Positions 12,041 to 22,426 of a stretch of 64,000 nucleotides of DNA are shown piece by piece. The first letter of the stretch is position 1. Each line of letters starts with the position of its first letter. Where the stretch lies: the NCBI GenBank assembly GCA_965140455.1, contig OZ223237.1, positions 1,255,646 to 1,319,645 of the forward strand, read 5' to 3'. The notes beneath the pieces were generated by a model. That model worked only from the letters and a program-made list of their open reading frames with translations. It did not search any database and was not told the DNA's origin. A program made the position numbers and the translations under genes. Source of the stretch: Rhizobiaceae bacterium (GTDB taxonomy: Bacteria; Pseudomonadota; Alphaproteobacteria; Rhizobiales; Rhizobiaceae).

Positions 12041-12083
12041 AGCCCGTGATGTTGTTTGATTCGCACATTACGGGCTTATTTTT
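12041..12083 (+). terminator. Rho-independent terminator after lon
   Basis: AGCCCGTGATG ... CATTACGGGCT hairpin followed by TATTTTT. Confidence 0.75.
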
Positions 12084-12255
12084 GGGATTTTTTGTCATTT
12101 TGTCACAATCCGACTGAAAAACGGTCCCAAAAATCGCTAAAACCCTTAATAACAGCCATTTTGAGGCGATTTTCTATTGTGTAATTTCTACGAAAATAAG
12201 AATATGTGCGCAGGCTGAATGAGTCGATAACACCTTATATTGGAAGGATAATATT

Positions 12256-12531
12256 ATGAATAAGAACGAGCTGATTGCCTCAGTGGCGGACAAGTGCGAC
12301 ATGAACAAAGCGCAAGCAGGGGAAGCTGTTGATGCAGTGCTTGCAACAGTTACTGATGCGCTATGTGCTGGTGATGAAGTTCGCATCTTGGGGTTTGGGA
12401 ATTTTGCAGTTGCCCATCGTAAGGCGACCACTGCACGTAATCCAAGAACAGGCGAAACTGTACCGGTAGCTGCATCAAACGTACCTAAATTTAAGGCAGG
12501 TAAAGCTCTTAAAGATGCTGTAAACGCATAA
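12256..12531 (+). CDS. hupB: HU-family nucleoid DNA-binding protein
   Basis: 91 aa. MNKNELIASVA start and the RNPRTGE...KFKAGK arm motif. Same position after lon as in E. coli. Confidence 0.93.
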   Translation: MNKNELIASVADKCDMNKAQAGEAVDAVLATVTDALCAGDEVRILGFGNFAVAHRKATTARNPRTGETVPVAASNVPKFKAGKALKDAVNA

Positions 12532-12551
12532 TTTCATTTGAATACATTTTA

Positions 12552-12578
12552 AGCCCACCAGTTTTGGTGGGCTTTTTT
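12552..12578 (+). terminator. Rho-independent terminator after hupB (possibly bidirectional with convergent qor)
   Basis: AGCCCACCA-GTTT-TGGTGGGCT perfect 9-bp stem followed by TTTTTT. Confidence 0.85.
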
Positions 12579-12592
12579 GTGTCTGAAATCCG

Positions 12593-13588
12593 TCAGATTG
12601 TCAGATAAATCTTGCCGATATGGTCGCTGGACTCCATGCGCGCATGGGCCGAAGATGCATCCGCCAGGGAGTACCCACTATCCATTACCGGTTTTACAGT
12701 TCCGCTTTCAATAAGCGGCCACACGGACTCCTGCAGTTCGGACGCTATCTGTGCTTTAAAATCAATCGATCTTGCCCGTAGCGTTGAACCAGTATGGGTG
12801 AGTCGCTTGAGCATGATTGGCAGAAAGTTGGTCTCAGCCTTTGGCCCACCCAGAAACGCGATTTGCACGATGCGTCCATCCATCGCTGCTGCCTTGTAGT
12901 TTCGTCCGGTATACTCACCGCCCACCATGTCGAGAATCACATCAACACCTTTGCCTTCTGTGATATCTTTGGTCCACTCCTCAAAAATCTCTTCTTTGTA
13001 GTTGATAGCAAAGTCCGCACCTAACTCCAGACAGGCCGTGCACTTTGCTTCACTGCCTGCTGTCGCGATAACTTTGGCACCTCTTGATTTTGCCAATTGA
13101 ATTGCCGTGGTACCGATACCACTGGTTCCGCCATGAACAAGAAAGGTTTCGCCTTCTCTGAGCTGGCCGCGTTGAAAGACGTTGTGCCATACTGTGAAAA
13201 ACGTTTCTGGAATGGAACCTGCTTCTTGCATGGATATGCCGGTTGGAAGGGCCAGTGTATTGGATACATCCACATTCACATATTCGGCATAGCCGCCACC
13301 GGGAACCAGAGCCATGACCTTTTTCCCAAGATATTCGTCGCTGACCATGGTGCCAGTTGCCACAATCTCACCTGCCACTTCCAGACCGGGAATATCCGAT
13401 GCTCCTGGAGGAGGAGGATACCCGCCCATACGCTGAAGACAATCCGGTCGATTGACACCGGCAATCGCAACCTTAACCAGCACTTCATTTTGGCTGATTT
13501 CTGGCACTTTTCTGTCGCAGAGTTCCAAGACTTCCGGGCCTCCCGGGGTTTTGATTTCAACCGCTTTCATGAGCTCCGGTATGGACAT
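12593..13588 (-). CDS. qor: NAD(P)H:quinone oxidoreductase, zeta-crystallin / MDR family
   Basis: 331 aa. MDR-fold signature with nucleotide-binding GGTSGIGTTAIQLAK. Strong AAGGAGG RBS upstream of ATG 13588. Confidence 0.8.
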   Translation of the reverse strand: MSIPELMKAVEIKTPGGPEVLELCDRKVPEISQNEVLVKVAIAGVNRPDCLQRMGGYPPPPGASDIPGLEVAGEIVATGTMVSDEYLGKKVMALVPGGGYAEYVNVDVSNTLALPTGISMQEAGSIPETFFTVWHNVFQRGQLREGETFLVHGGTSGIGTTAIQLAKSRGAKVIATAGSEAKCTACLELGADFAINYKEEIFEEWTKDITEGKGVDVILDMVGGEYTGRNYKAAAMDGRIVQIAFLGGPKAETNFLPIMLKRLTHTGSTLRARSIDFKAQIASELQESVWPLIESGTVKPVMDSGYSLADASSAHARMESSDHIGKIYLTI

Positions 13589-13853
13589 ATCAACCTCCTT
13601 TTTGTGATCAATTTCTTCATAGAAACCTTTTAACCACTAGTACAGGCTAAATCGTTTGCGACGCCAAGCGGCGAAAAGGGGCTTGTGCCATTTTCACAAC
13701 ATGTTAGAGATATGTTTTACCGGACAGGGTTCCCGGGAGGAATTGCTGGCGAGGGACGTTCCTTGCCGCTTGTGCATTCAGTAAGTCGCAAGCAGGCGCT
13801 TTCCAACAAATCTTCAAAAACAAGATGCACGATAAGATCAATTGGAGAGTCGA

Positions 13854-15530
13854 ATGAGCGTGAAATCTGATATCGAAATTGCCCGCGAAGCTAACAAGAA
13901 ACCGATTCAGGAAATCGGTGCTAAGCTGGACATCCCTTCTGAAGACCTTTTGCCATTTGGTCATGACAAGGCAAAAGTATCCGAGAACTTCATTAAGTCA
14001 GTTCAAGGCAATACGGACGGAAAGCTCATTCTGGTTACCGCCATCAACCCAACACCGGCAGGTGAGGGTAAGACAACCACAACCGTTGGTCTTGGTGATG
14101 GACTGAACGCCATTGGCAAAAAAGCAGCTATCTGTATCCGCGAGGCCTCTCTGGGTCCATGTTTTGGTATGAAGGGTGGCGCTGCAGGTGGTGGATATGC
14201 TCAGGTTGTACCAATGGAAGAAATGAACCTGCATTTCACTGGCGATTTTCACGCAATCACGTCCGCTCATAACCTGCTGTCAGCAATGATCGACAATCAC
14301 ATCTATTGGGGAAATGAACTCGAGATTGATATCAGACGTGTCGCTTGGCGCCGTGTCATGGATATGAATGATCGCGCACTACGTCAGATTACCGCTTCAC
14401 TTGGTGGTGTGGCAAACGGCTTCCCACGCGAAGCAGGTTTTGACATTACCGTTGCTTCTGAAGTGATGGCTATTCTCTGCCTTGCAAATGATCTGGATGA
14501 TCTGAAAACCCGTTTGGGCAACATCATTGTTGCTTATCGTCGTGACCGTTCGCCGGTTTACGCTCGCGATATCAAGGCGGACGGCGCTATGACCGTTCTA
14601 CTGCAGCAGGCCATGCAGCCAAACCTGGTACAAACATTGGAAAACAATCCCGCATTTGTGCATGGCGGCCCATTCGCAAACATCGCGCATGGTTGTAACT
14701 CAGTGATTGCTACTAAAACCGCTCTTAAACTCGCAGACTATGTGGTGACCGAAGCAGGATTCGGTGCTGATCTCGGTGCTGAGAAATTCCTGAACATCAA
14801 ATGCCGTAAAGCTGGTATCGCCCCAAGCGCCGTTGTAATTGTTGCAACAGTGCGAGCGATGAAGATGAATGGTGGCGTTGCTAAAGCTGACCTGAACGCA
14901 GAAAATGTTGAGGCAGTACAAAAAGGTTGCGCAAACCTCGGCAGACACATTGAAAATATCAAACAGTTTGGTGTGCCAGCAGTGGTTGCAATCAACCACT
15001 TCGTTTCTGACACCGACGCAGAAGTTCAAGCGGTAAAGGACTATGTAGCCACACAGGGTGCAGAAGCCATCCTTTGTAAGCACTGGGCACATGGTTCAAA
15101 GGGAACTGAAGACCTCGCAAATGCGGTAGTGGATATGATTGAAGGTGATACAGCACAGTACGCGCCGCTATATCCTGCTGAGATGCCGTTGTTTGAGAAG
15201 ATCGAAACAATCGCAAAACGCATCTATCGTGCTGACGAAGTTTTGGCAGACAAGAAAATCCGTGATCAACTTAAACAGTGGGAAGATCAGGGTTATGGCG
15301 ATCTTCCGGTCTGTATGGCAAAGACACAGTACTCATTCTCAACAGATCCAAACCTTCGCGGTGCACCGACCGGGCATTCGCTGCCGGTTAGGGAAGTACG
15401 ACTGTCTGCTGGTGCCGGGTTTGTTGTTGTGATCTGCGGTGAGATCATGACCATGCCAGGCCTTCCAAAAGTTCCATCAGCAGAAGCAATCATGCTCGAT
15501 GAGAAGGGTGACGTACAAGGTCTCTTCTAA
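13854..15530 (+). CDS. fhs: Formate--tetrahydrofolate ligase
   Basis: SDIEIA N-terminus, P-loop [26 protein letters not shown]-terminal PGLP. The track starts at TTG 13842; ATG 13854 lies 5 nt after GGAGAG. Confidence 0.96.
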   Translation: MSVKSDIEIAREANKKPIQEIGAKLDIPSEDLLPFGHDKAKVSENFIKSVQGNTDGKLILVTAINPTPAGEGKTTTTVGLGDGLNAIGKKAAICIREASLGPCFGMKGGAAGGGYAQVVPMEEMNLHFTGDFHAITSAHNLLSAMIDNHIYWGNELEIDIRRVAWRRVMDMNDRALRQITASLGGVANGFPREAGFDITVASEVMAILCLANDLDDLKTRLGNIIVAYRRDRSPVYARDIKADGAMTVLLQQAMQPNLVQTLENNPAFVHGGPFANIAHGCNSVIATKTALKLADYVVTEAGFGADLGAEKFLNIKCRKAGIAPSAVVIVATVRAMKMNGGVAKADLNAENVEAVQKGCANLGRHIENIKQFGVPAVVAINHFVSDTDAEVQAVKDYVATQGAEAILCKHWAHGSKGTEDLANAVVDMIEGDTAQYAPLYPAEMPLFEKIETIAKRIYRADEVLADKKIRDQLKQWEDQGYGDLPVCMAKTQYSFSTDPNLRGAPTGHSLPVREVRLSAGAGFVVVICGEIMTMPGLPKVPSAEAIMLDEKGDVQGLF

Positions 15531-15545
15531 AACGCATAGAGTGAC

Positions 15546-15578
15546 TTGCGCATTTACAGGGTGCTGGAAAATGCGCAA
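15546..15578 (+). other. 10-bp perfect inverted repeat between fhs and the FDH beta gene (hairpin or operator)
   Basis: TTGCGCATTT (15546-15555) and AAATGCGCAA (15569-15578) separated by 13 nt. No strong T-tract, so it is not a canonical terminator. Confidence 0.4.
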
Positions 15579-15615
15579 AATTGTCGAAGACATCAATTGT
15601 GGAATGTGACTAGTT

Positions 15616-17313
15616 ATGAACAAGCATTTTTCGCCGGATCAACCCAGACGCAAGCCCCATCATACAAAGGGCCGTCAGCTAGATGAGCAGGCGCTTGCCG
15701 AAGTGAATGCTCTGATTGGTGAGGGTGAAAGAAAACGCGATCTCTTGATTGAGAACTTGCACCTGATCCAGGACAAGTACAATTGCCTGGAGGCCAAGCA
15801 TCTGCGCGCACTTGCAGAGACCATGAAGATTTCCATGGCAGAAGTTTATGAGGTTGCTTCCTTTTACGATCACTTCGACATCGTCAAGGAAAATGAAGAA
15901 GTTCCCGCACCCGTAACAATTCGGGTGTGTGATTCCCTTTCATGCATGATGGCGGGCGCTGAAACTCTCATTTCAGAATTGGAAGCGGGCGCCGATCGCG
16001 ACAAAATCCGGATCATGCGGGCACCATGCATGGGCGGCTGTGATGTGGCACCTGCCGCGCGGGTTGGTGATCGTGAACTGGGCAATGTGACAGTCGAAAG
16101 CCTTTTGGAAGTGGCTGCTTCAGGCAGTACCAACAAGGAAATAGAGGCGATCATTCCAGACTATTCCGGGCTCAAGGATTACCAGTCCAAAGGCGGCTAT
16201 GCAATTTGGGACAAAGTCCGCGAGGGTGGCTATGAATTTGATTCCATTCTGGAAATCCTGAAAGAATCTGGATTGCGTGGGCTCGGTGGGGCTGGTTTCC
16301 CATCCCATATGAAATGGAAGTTCGTTCGTGGATATGAAGGGCCTCGTCTCATGACCATCAACGGTGATGAGGGAGAGCCAGGTACTTTCAAAGATCGTTA
16401 TTATCTTGAGCGTGACCCTCATCGCATGTTTGAAGGCGCTCTGATTGCAGCGCACTTTGTGGAAGCAGAGCGGATTTATCTCTATATGCGCGATGAGTAC
16501 CCGGCAGTGCTGGAAATTCTTCGTCGCGAAATTGCTGCCCTCGAAGAAGCAGGTATCTGTGAAAAAGGCTTCATAGAACTGCGCCGTGGGGCAGGTGCTT
16601 ATATCTGTGGTGAAGAATCCGCCATGATTGAATCAATCGAGGGTAAACGCGGTTTGCCCCGACACCGTCCACCATACATCGCTGAAGTCGGTGTATTCGG
16701 CAGGCCCACACTAAACCACAACGTGGAAACCCTTTGGTGGATTCCTGACATCCTCGAAAACGGTCCTGAGTGGTTTGCGTCCCAAGGCAGTGAAGGACAT
16801 CCGGGACCTCGTTCCTGGTCTGTGTCCGGTCGTGTGAAAAATCCAGGCGTGGTGCTTGCACCTGCTGGTGTCACGATCAAAGAGCTGATTGAAGACTATT
16901 GCGGTGGCATGGAAGAGGGGCATAGCTTCAAAGCATACTATCCCGGTGGAGCCTCTGGTGGCGTATTGCCAGCAGAAATGGATGACCTCCCATTGGATTT
17001 CGGGGAGCCGCTCGCTTCTCTGGGTTCATTTGTTGGTTCCCATGCGGTTGTTGTGTTGTCCGATAAAGACAATATCAAAGACGCTGTGTTGAACACGCTG
17101 AAATTCTTCAAACACGAATCCTGTGGGCAATGCACACCGTGTCGTGGTGGCACTGAAAAGATGGTTGCCATGTTGTCGAAAGGTGGAGATTTGGATGAAG
17201 ATGCAATCCGCGACCTGGAAACAGTTATGCGCGATGCGTCGATTTGCGGTCTCGGCCAGGCGGCTCCTAATCCGGTAAATCATCTATTGAAATATTTCAG
17301 GGATGATCTGTGA
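15616..17313 (+). CDS. fdsB: NAD-dependent formate dehydrogenase beta subunit (fused NuoE-like 2Fe-2S + NuoF-like FMN/NAD/4Fe-4S)
   Basis: 565 aa. N-terminal thioredoxin-like 2Fe-2S region (VCDSLSCMMAG...APCMGGCDVAP), then GLGGAGFPSHMKW (FMN site) and [12 protein letters not shown] (N3-type 4Fe-4S). Adjacent to a Mo-bisPGD alpha subunit. Confidence 0.88.
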   Translation: MNKHFSPDQPRRKPHHTKGRQLDEQALAEVNALIGEGERKRDLLIENLHLIQDKYNCLEAKHLRALAETMKISMAEVYEVASFYDHFDIVKENEEVPAPVTIRVCDSLSCMMAGAETLISELEAGADRDKIRIMRAPCMGGCDVAPAARVGDRELGNVTVESLLEVAASGSTNKEIEAIIPDYSGLKDYQSKGGYAIWDKVREGGYEFDSILEILKESGLRGLGGAGFPSHMKWKFVRGYEGPRLMTINGDEGEPGTFKDRYYLERDPHRMFEGALIAAHFVEAERIYLYMRDEYPAVLEILRREIAALEEAGICEKGFIELRRGAGAYICGEESAMIESIEGKRGLPRHRPPYIAEVGVFGRPTLNHNVETLWWIPDILENGPEWFASQGSEGHPGPRSWSVSGRVKNPGVVLAPAGVTIKELIEDYCGGMEEGHSFKAYYPGGASGGVLPAEMDDLPLDFGEPLASLGSFVGSHAVVVLSDKDNIKDAVLNTLKFFKHESCGQCTPCRGGTEKMVAMLSKGGDLDEDAIRDLETVMRDASICGLGQAAPNPVNHLLKYFRDDL

Positions 17314-17597
17314 TGTTAAAAGCCACGGATGAGCTACAGGTGGATAACGATAAGGTCCGCGTCACCCAATGGACATTTGCTCCGGGCGCGGAAACCGGTG
17401 AGCACATCCATGAATATGACTATGTGATCATTCCCAACGATACTGGAAAAATGAAAATCATCGACCCTTCAGGACAGTCCAGCATTGTGGATATGAACAA
17501 GGGACAATCATATTTCAGATCCAAAGGTGTTCATCACAACGTGGTCAGCATCAATGACTTTGAATTCTCATTTGTGGAAGTGGAGCTAAAACAATGA
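17310..17597 (+). CDS. Small cupin-domain protein
   Basis: 95 aa. GAETGEHIHEYDYVIIP...GVHHNVVS matches the two-motif cupin pattern. The start overlaps the fdsB stop (GTGATG at 17310-17315). Confidence 0.65.
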   Translation: MMLKATDELQVDNDKVRVTQWTFAPGAETGEHIHEYDYVIIPNDTGKMKIIDPSGQSSIVDMNKGQSYFRSKGVHHNVVSINDFEFSFVEVELKQ

Positions 17598-17890
17598 CCG
17601 CATACGTAATCGCCCGGGTAGAGGTGAGCGATCCAGAGCGTTGGATGGAATATGCAAAGGCTGCATCTCCTGCAGTGGCGCAATATGGTGGCAAATACAT
17701 TGCACGTGGTGGGGCGGTCGAAGGCCTCGAAAACCATGAAGATGAAGGCAAACGCGTAGTCATTCTTGAGTTTCCTGACATGGATAAAGCACGCGAATGG
17801 TATAATTCAACCGAGTATCAGGCTGCCAAGGCAAAACGTGAAGGCGCAGGCTTTGCACGGTTTATGATTGTAGATGGATACGAAGGATAG
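17594..17890 (+). CDS. DUF1330-family (dimeric alpha/beta-barrel-like) protein
   Basis: 98 aa. MTAYVIARVEVSDPERWMEYAKA...GGKYIARGG...VVILEFPDMDKAREWYNS.EYQ is typical of DUF1330. ATGA overlap with the cupin gene. Confidence 0.7.
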   Translation: MTAYVIARVEVSDPERWMEYAKAASPAVAQYGGKYIARGGAVEGLENHEDEGKRVVILEFPDMDKAREWYNSTEYQAAKAKREGAGFARFMIVDGYEG

Positions 17891-17927
17891 TTTTCCTCGA
17901 AATTTTGATGTTATGGAGTGAGTCCTA

Positions 17928-20717
17928 ATGACAAACCAGATCAAATTCACCCTGGATGGCAAAGAAGTTACTGCCTCTGAAGGAGAAAGCATTTGGGACG
18001 TGGCAAAGCGTGAAGGTACGCGTATCCCGCATTTGTGTCATCTGGATAAGCCCGGATACCGTTCTGACGGAAATTGCCGTGCCTGCATGGTTGAGATCGA
18101 AGGCGAACGTGTTCTTGCAGCCTCATGCATCCGGACACCTACAGAAAATATGGTTGTAAACACCGATACGGAACGGGCAGATAAATCCCGCAAAATGGTG
18201 TTTGAAATGCTGGCAGCAGACATGCGCCCAAGAGAAGAAAGCCCTGACAATCAGTCAGATTTCTGGATCTGGGCTGAAAGCATGGGGATTTCCGGTTCCG
18301 ACCGTTTTGACAGCAAGTTTGATGAAGGCCATCACGTGGAATTCGACATCTCCAATCCAGCAATCGCTGTGAACATGGATGCATGCATTGCCTGTAATGC
18401 TTGTGTGAGAGCATGCCGTGAAGTTCAGGTAAACGATGTGATCGGCATGGGGGAACGTGGTTCTCATTCAGTTCCCGTATTCGACCTTTCAGACCACATG
18501 GGTAATTCCACTTGCGTGACATGTGGTGAATGTGTTCAAGCCTGTCCAACCGGTGCTCTATACGAAAAAACCCTGATGGATTCAGAGTACAAAAAGCGGG
18601 AAATCGTTGAGTTCGACAAGGTTGTGGATTCAGTTTGCCCGTTCTGTGGTGTTGGTTGCCAGACTTCTGTTGCGGTTAAAGACAACAAGATTGTGCAGGT
18701 GGATGGTCGTAATGGACCAGCGAATGAAAACCGCCTCTGCGTTAAGGGTCGTTTTGGCTACGACTATGCCATGAGCTCTGAGCGCCTTACCAAGCCACTT
18801 ATCCGTAAGGAGGGTGCACCGAAGGCAGGCGATATGGACATGCGCTTCATGAAAGTGGAAGACGTATTCCGCGAAGCAAGCTGGGAAGAAGCTCTGGAAC
18901 TGGCAGCATCAGGTTTGAAAAACATTCATGATGAAAAGGGTGGACAGGCTCTGGCCGGGTTTGGTTCAGCCAAGGGTTCAAACGAAGAGGCATATCTATT
19001 CCAGAAATTTATACGCCAGGGTTTCGGCACCAACAACGTTGATCACTGTACCCGTCTTTGCCATGCTTCTTCTGTTGCGGCATTGTTGGAGGGAGTAGGG
19101 TCAGGTGCTGTCTCTGCACCATTTACGGATGCTAACAAGTCCGATTGCATGATCGTGATTGGTGCAAGACCAACTACGAACCACCCGGTTGCGGCCACCT
19201 ATTTCAAACAGGCAGCCAAAGAAGGCAGGAAGCTTATCGTAATGGATCCGAGAAAACAGGATCTGATGCGCCACGCCTCACATGCGCTTCAATTCAAGCC
19301 TGGCACAGACGTGGCGATGCTGAATGCTATTCTTCACGTGATCATCGAAGAAAACCTCTATGACGAGCAGTACATTCAGGCAAATGCCTCCGGCTTTGAT
19401 GCACTGAAAGAAAAGGTCAAGGACTTCTCTCCTGAAGCAATGAGCGAAGTATGCGGCATTGAAGCTGACGTGTTGAGAGATGTGGCAAGAGTTTATGCCA
19501 CTTCTGAACGCTCCATCATCTTCTGGGGAATGGGTGTATCACAACATACGCATGGCACAGACAATGCCCGTTGCTTGATTGCAATGGCCTTGATTACTGG
19601 TCAGGTCGGGCGTCAGGGAACAGGCCTACACCCGCTGCGTGGACAGAATAACGTTCAGGGTGCATCTGATGCGGGTCTGATCCCCATGATGTATCCAGAC
19701 TACCGTCATGTAGAGAAAGACGATGTCCGTGCGGATATGGAAGATTTCTGGGGCAGGACACTGGACCCCAAACGTGGGCTTACCGTTGTTGAGATTGTGG
19801 ATGCCATTCATGCCGATGAAATCACGGGCATGTACATCATGGGTGAAAACCCGGCCATGTCAGATCCGGATCAACAACATGCCCGTGGTGCTTTGGCCAA
19901 GCTGGAACATCTCGTGGTTCAGGATATCTTCCTGACAGAAACCTGCTGGCATGCGGATGTGATTTTACCGGCATCAGCACATGCCGAAAAACTTGGCACC
20001 TACACTAATACCAACCGTCAGGTTCAGTTGGGCCGGCCCGCATTGGATTCGCCCGGAGAAAGCCGTCAGGATTGGGAACTGATTGTCGAGCTGGCAAACA
20101 GAGTAGGCCTTGATTGGCAATACAACAACGTGGGTGAAGTCTATACGGAAATGGCCGAGAAAATGAACTCGCTCAATTACATTTCCTGGGAGCGTCTGAA
20201 TGAAGAAGACTGCGTTACTTATCCGGTAGATGAGCCTGGTGGCTTTGGCAATGAAGTAATTTTCACCGATGGTTTCCCCACCGCAGATGGTCGTGGAAAG
20301 ATCGTGCCGGCAGATTTGCTTCCACCAGATGAGGTTCCGGATGAGGAATTTCCGATGGTACTCACGACCGGGCGCCTGCTGGAGCATTGGCATACGGGTG
20401 CAATGACCCGCCGTGCTACCGTCTTGGATGATATTGAGCCGGAAGGCATCGCTGCCATGAACGGTAGACAAATCGCGAAGCTTGGTCTTGAAGCCGGGCA
20501 GATGATCGAAGTGGCAACCCGTCGTGGAACCGTGGAAGCAATTCTGCGCGAAGACCGGGAAGTGGCCGACAATATGGTCTTCATTCCGTTCTGCTTTAAT
20601 GAAGCACCTGCCAACCGTTTGACCAATCCGCAGCTTGACCCGTTTGGCAAGATACCGGAATTCAAGTACTGCGCGGCAAAGGTATCACCTCTGGCCAGAC
20701 GCGAGGCCGCCGAATAA
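17928..20717 (+). CDS. fdsA: NAD-dependent formate dehydrogenase alpha (catalytic Mo/W-bisPGD) subunit
   Basis: 929 aa. NuoG-like N-terminus (2Fe-2S CHLDKPGYRSDGNCRACMVE; ferredoxin motifs CIACNACVRAC and CVTCGECVQACP), then CPFCGVGCQ and a molybdopterin oxidoreductase body. No in-frame TGA, so it is the Cys type, not the Sec type. Confidence 0.92.
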   Translation: MTNQIKFTLDGKEVTASEGESIWDVAKREGTRIPHLCHLDKPGYRSDGNCRACMVEIEGERVLAASCIRTPTENMVVNTDTERADKSRKMVFEMLAADMRPREESPDNQSDFWIWAESMGISGSDRFDSKFDEGHHVEFDISNPAIAVNMDACIACNACVRACREVQVNDVIGMGERGSHSVPVFDLSDHMGNSTCVTCGECVQACPTGALYEKTLMDSEYKKREIVEFDKVVDSVCPFCGVGCQTSVAVKDNKIVQVDGRNGPANENRLCVKGRFGYDYAMSSERLTKPLIRKEGAPKAGDMDMRFMKVEDVFREASWEEALELAASGLKNIHDEKGGQALAGFGSAKGSNEEAYLFQKFIRQGFGTNNVDHCTRLCHASSVAALLEGVGSGAVSAPFTDANKSDCMIVIGARPTTNHPVAATYFKQAAKEGRKLIVMDPRKQDLMRHASHALQFKPGTDVAMLNAILHVIIEENLYDEQYIQANASGFDALKEKVKDFSPEAMSEVCGIEADVLRDVARVYATSERSIIFWGMGVSQHTHGTDNARCLIAMALITGQVGRQGTGLHPLRGQNNVQGASDAGLIPMMYPDYRHVEKDDVRADMEDFWGRTLDPKRGLTVVEIVDAIHADEITGMYIMGENPAMSDPDQQHARGALAKLEHLVVQDIFLTETCWHADVILPASAHAEKLGTYTNTNRQVQLGRPALDSPGESRQDWELIVELANRVGLDWQYNNVGEVYTEMAEKMNSLNYISWERLNEEDCVTYPVDEPGGFGNEVIFTDGFPTADGRGKIVPADLLPPDEVPDEEFPMVLTTGRLLEHWHTGAMTRRATVLDDIEPEGIAAMNGRQIAKLGLEAGQMIEVATRRGTVEAILREDREVADNMVFIPFCFNEAPANRLTNPQLDPFGKIPEFKYCAAKVSPLARREAAE

Positions 20718-20721
20718 CCGG

Positions 20722-21114
20722 ATGCACAAAACTCCGCTAATACCCGAGGAATTCAAAGAGGGAGCCGAGCAGGCAAACATGTCCCCGGGTGTAATGAGCG
20801 GAGATTTCGTATTTGTTACGGGTATGACCGGGAGCAATCCGGATGGTTCTATGCCCACCGATCTCGGCACGCAGTTTAGAAACGCATTTGAAAAAATACT
20901 TGCTGTGTTGAAAGAAGCCGGACTGAATTTTGGTGCTGTGGTAGAAATGACCAGCTACCATGTGGAGCTTCGAGAACACTTTGAACAGTTTGATGCGGTT
21001 CGGCTTGAGTACCTCGCCAAGCCTTTTCCAGCCTGGACTGCTGTTGAAGTTGCAGGGTTGAGAAGGGCAGGTGCAGTTGTGGAAATAAAGGTAATCGCGA
21101 GAAAACCTCAGTAG
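20722..21114 (+). CDS. RidA/YjgF/UK114-family protein
   Basis: The track ORF starts at 20635, inside fdsA. The internal ATG 20722 (MHKTPLIPEEF) lies 4 nt after the fdsA stop. About 130 aa with FVFVTGMTG and SYHVEL...AWTAVEV segments typical of the family. Confidence 0.65.
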   Translation: MHKTPLIPEEFKEGAEQANMSPGVMSGDFVFVTGMTGSNPDGSMPTDLGTQFRNAFEKILAVLKEAGLNFGAVVEMTSYHVELREHFEQFDAVRLEYLAKPFPAWTAVEVAGLRRAGAVVEIKVIARKPQ

Positions 21115-21230
21115 CCAGTCCAGGATATTAGCACCTGTAGACTACAGGTTATTACCTGTTGCCATTCACGTTCAACCGGAATAAACCTGTCTGAACAACC
21201 CCACATCTGTTTTCAATCAGGACGTCTTTC

Positions 21231-22424
21231 ATGAACATTCACGAATATCAGGCAAAAGCACTACTCAAGGAATACGGAGCACCAGTGGCTTTGGGAGTTC
21301 CGATACTCTCTCAAGATGATGTGGATGCAGCAATTGATGCACTGCCTGGTCCGCTTTATGTGGTGAAGAGCCAGATCCATGCTGGCGGCCGTGGTAAGGG
21401 AAAATTCAAGGAACTGTCTGAGGACGCAAAAGGTGGTGTACGGCTAGCGTTTTCACCGGATGAAGTTCGTACTCATGTTTCAGAGATGCTTGGCAATACA
21501 CTTGTCACAAAACAAACTGGCCCGGCTGGAAAACAGGTAAACCGCCTTTATCTTGAAGACGGAGCAGACATTGACCGTGAACTGTATCTTTCGCTGCTGG
21601 TGAACCGCGAGACGGGCAGGGTCTCTTTCGTGGCCTCCACAGAGGGCGGCATGGACATTGAAGCAGTAGCCGAAGAAACACCGGAATTGATTCACACAAT
21701 TGATATCGATCCACAAAGTGGTTGTACTGCTGATGACGTGGCAAAGCTGGTTTCAGCTTTCAAACTTGATGGTGACGCTGCCACCGATGGAGAAACGCTC
21801 TTTCCGACGCTCTACAACGCTTTTGTCGAGAAAGACATGAGCCTTCTGGAAATCAACCCGCTGATCGTCATGAAAGACGGTCATCTGCGTGTGCTTGATG
21901 CGAAAGTATCCTTTGATGGTAATGCTGAATTCCGCCATCCCGAACTTGAAGAACTGCGCGATCTGACTGAAGAAGATGAAAAGGAAATCGAGGCTTCAAA
22001 ACATGACCTCGCCTATATCGCTTTGGATGGCGACATCGGTTGCATGGTGAATGGTGCCGGACTGGCCATGGCCACAATGGACATCATCAAACTTTACGGT
22101 GCTTCTCCTGCAAACTTCCTTGATGTGGGTGGTGGTGCGACCGCAGAAAAAGTGACTGCTGCGTTCAAGATCATCACTTCGGATCCGAACGTGAAAGGCA
22201 TTTTGGTGAACATTTTTGGCGGCATCATGCGCTGCGACGTGATCGCTGAAGGTGTTTTGACAGCTGTGAAAGAAGTGGGTTTGAGTGTTCCGCTTGTTGT
22301 ACGTCTTGAAGGTACAAAAGTTGAAGAAGGCAAGTCCATGATCAACAACTCAGGGCTAAACGTTATTGCTGCAGATGATCTTGACGATGCTGCACAAAAA
22401 ATCGTTAAGGCTGTAAAAGGCTGA
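21231..22424 (+). CDS. sucC: Succinyl-CoA ligase (ADP-forming) beta subunit
   Basis: 397 aa. [12 protein letters not shown] start, ATP-grasp region, C-terminal [18 protein letters not shown]-type ligase-CoA motif ([17 protein letters not shown]). Confidence 0.97.
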   Translation: MNIHEYQAKALLKEYGAPVALGVPILSQDDVDAAIDALPGPLYVVKSQIHAGGRGKGKFKELSEDAKGGVRLAFSPDEVRTHVSEMLGNTLVTKQTGPAGKQVNRLYLEDGADIDRELYLSLLVNRETGRVSFVASTEGGMDIEAVAEETPELIHTIDIDPQSGCTADDVAKLVSAFKLDGDAATDGETLFPTLYNAFVEKDMSLLEINPLIVMKDGHLRVLDAKVSFDGNAEFRHPELEELRDLTEEDEKEIEASKHDLAYIALDGDIGCMVNGAGLAMATMDIIKLYGASPANFLDVGGGATAEKVTAAFKIITSDPNVKGILVNIFGGIMRCDVIAEGVLTAVKEVGLSVPLVVRLEGTKVEEGKSMINNSGLNVIAADDLDDAAQKIVKAVKG

Positions 22425-22426
22425 CA

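Noticed and set aside
13589-13853. Possible riboswitch (ZTP/pfl-type, which is often found upstream of fhs) in the 265-bp qor-fhs spacer. The spacer contains a GC-rich structured stretch (13720-13800) with several hairpins.
   Set aside because: I could not match the conserved ZTP elements in the correct order on the plus strand: GACUGGCG, then CCGGG, then a downstream CGCCUGGGC pseudoknot partner. Only loose fragments (GCTGGCGA, CAGGCGC) occur, and in the wrong arrangement. An Infernal/Rfam scan would settle it.
17928-20717. Selenocysteine-containing formate dehydrogenase (in-frame TGA plus SECIS).
   Set aside because: The alpha-subunit ORF is continuous with no internal TGA, so it is a Cys-type enzyme.
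15616-20717. The second NuoE/F/G-like gene set as a possible duplicated complex I module.
   Set aside because: The alpha subunit carries a full Mo-bisPGD catalytic body, and the beta subunit shows the known NuoE-NuoF fusion of NAD-dependent formate dehydrogenases. This is a well-described paralogy, not a novelty.
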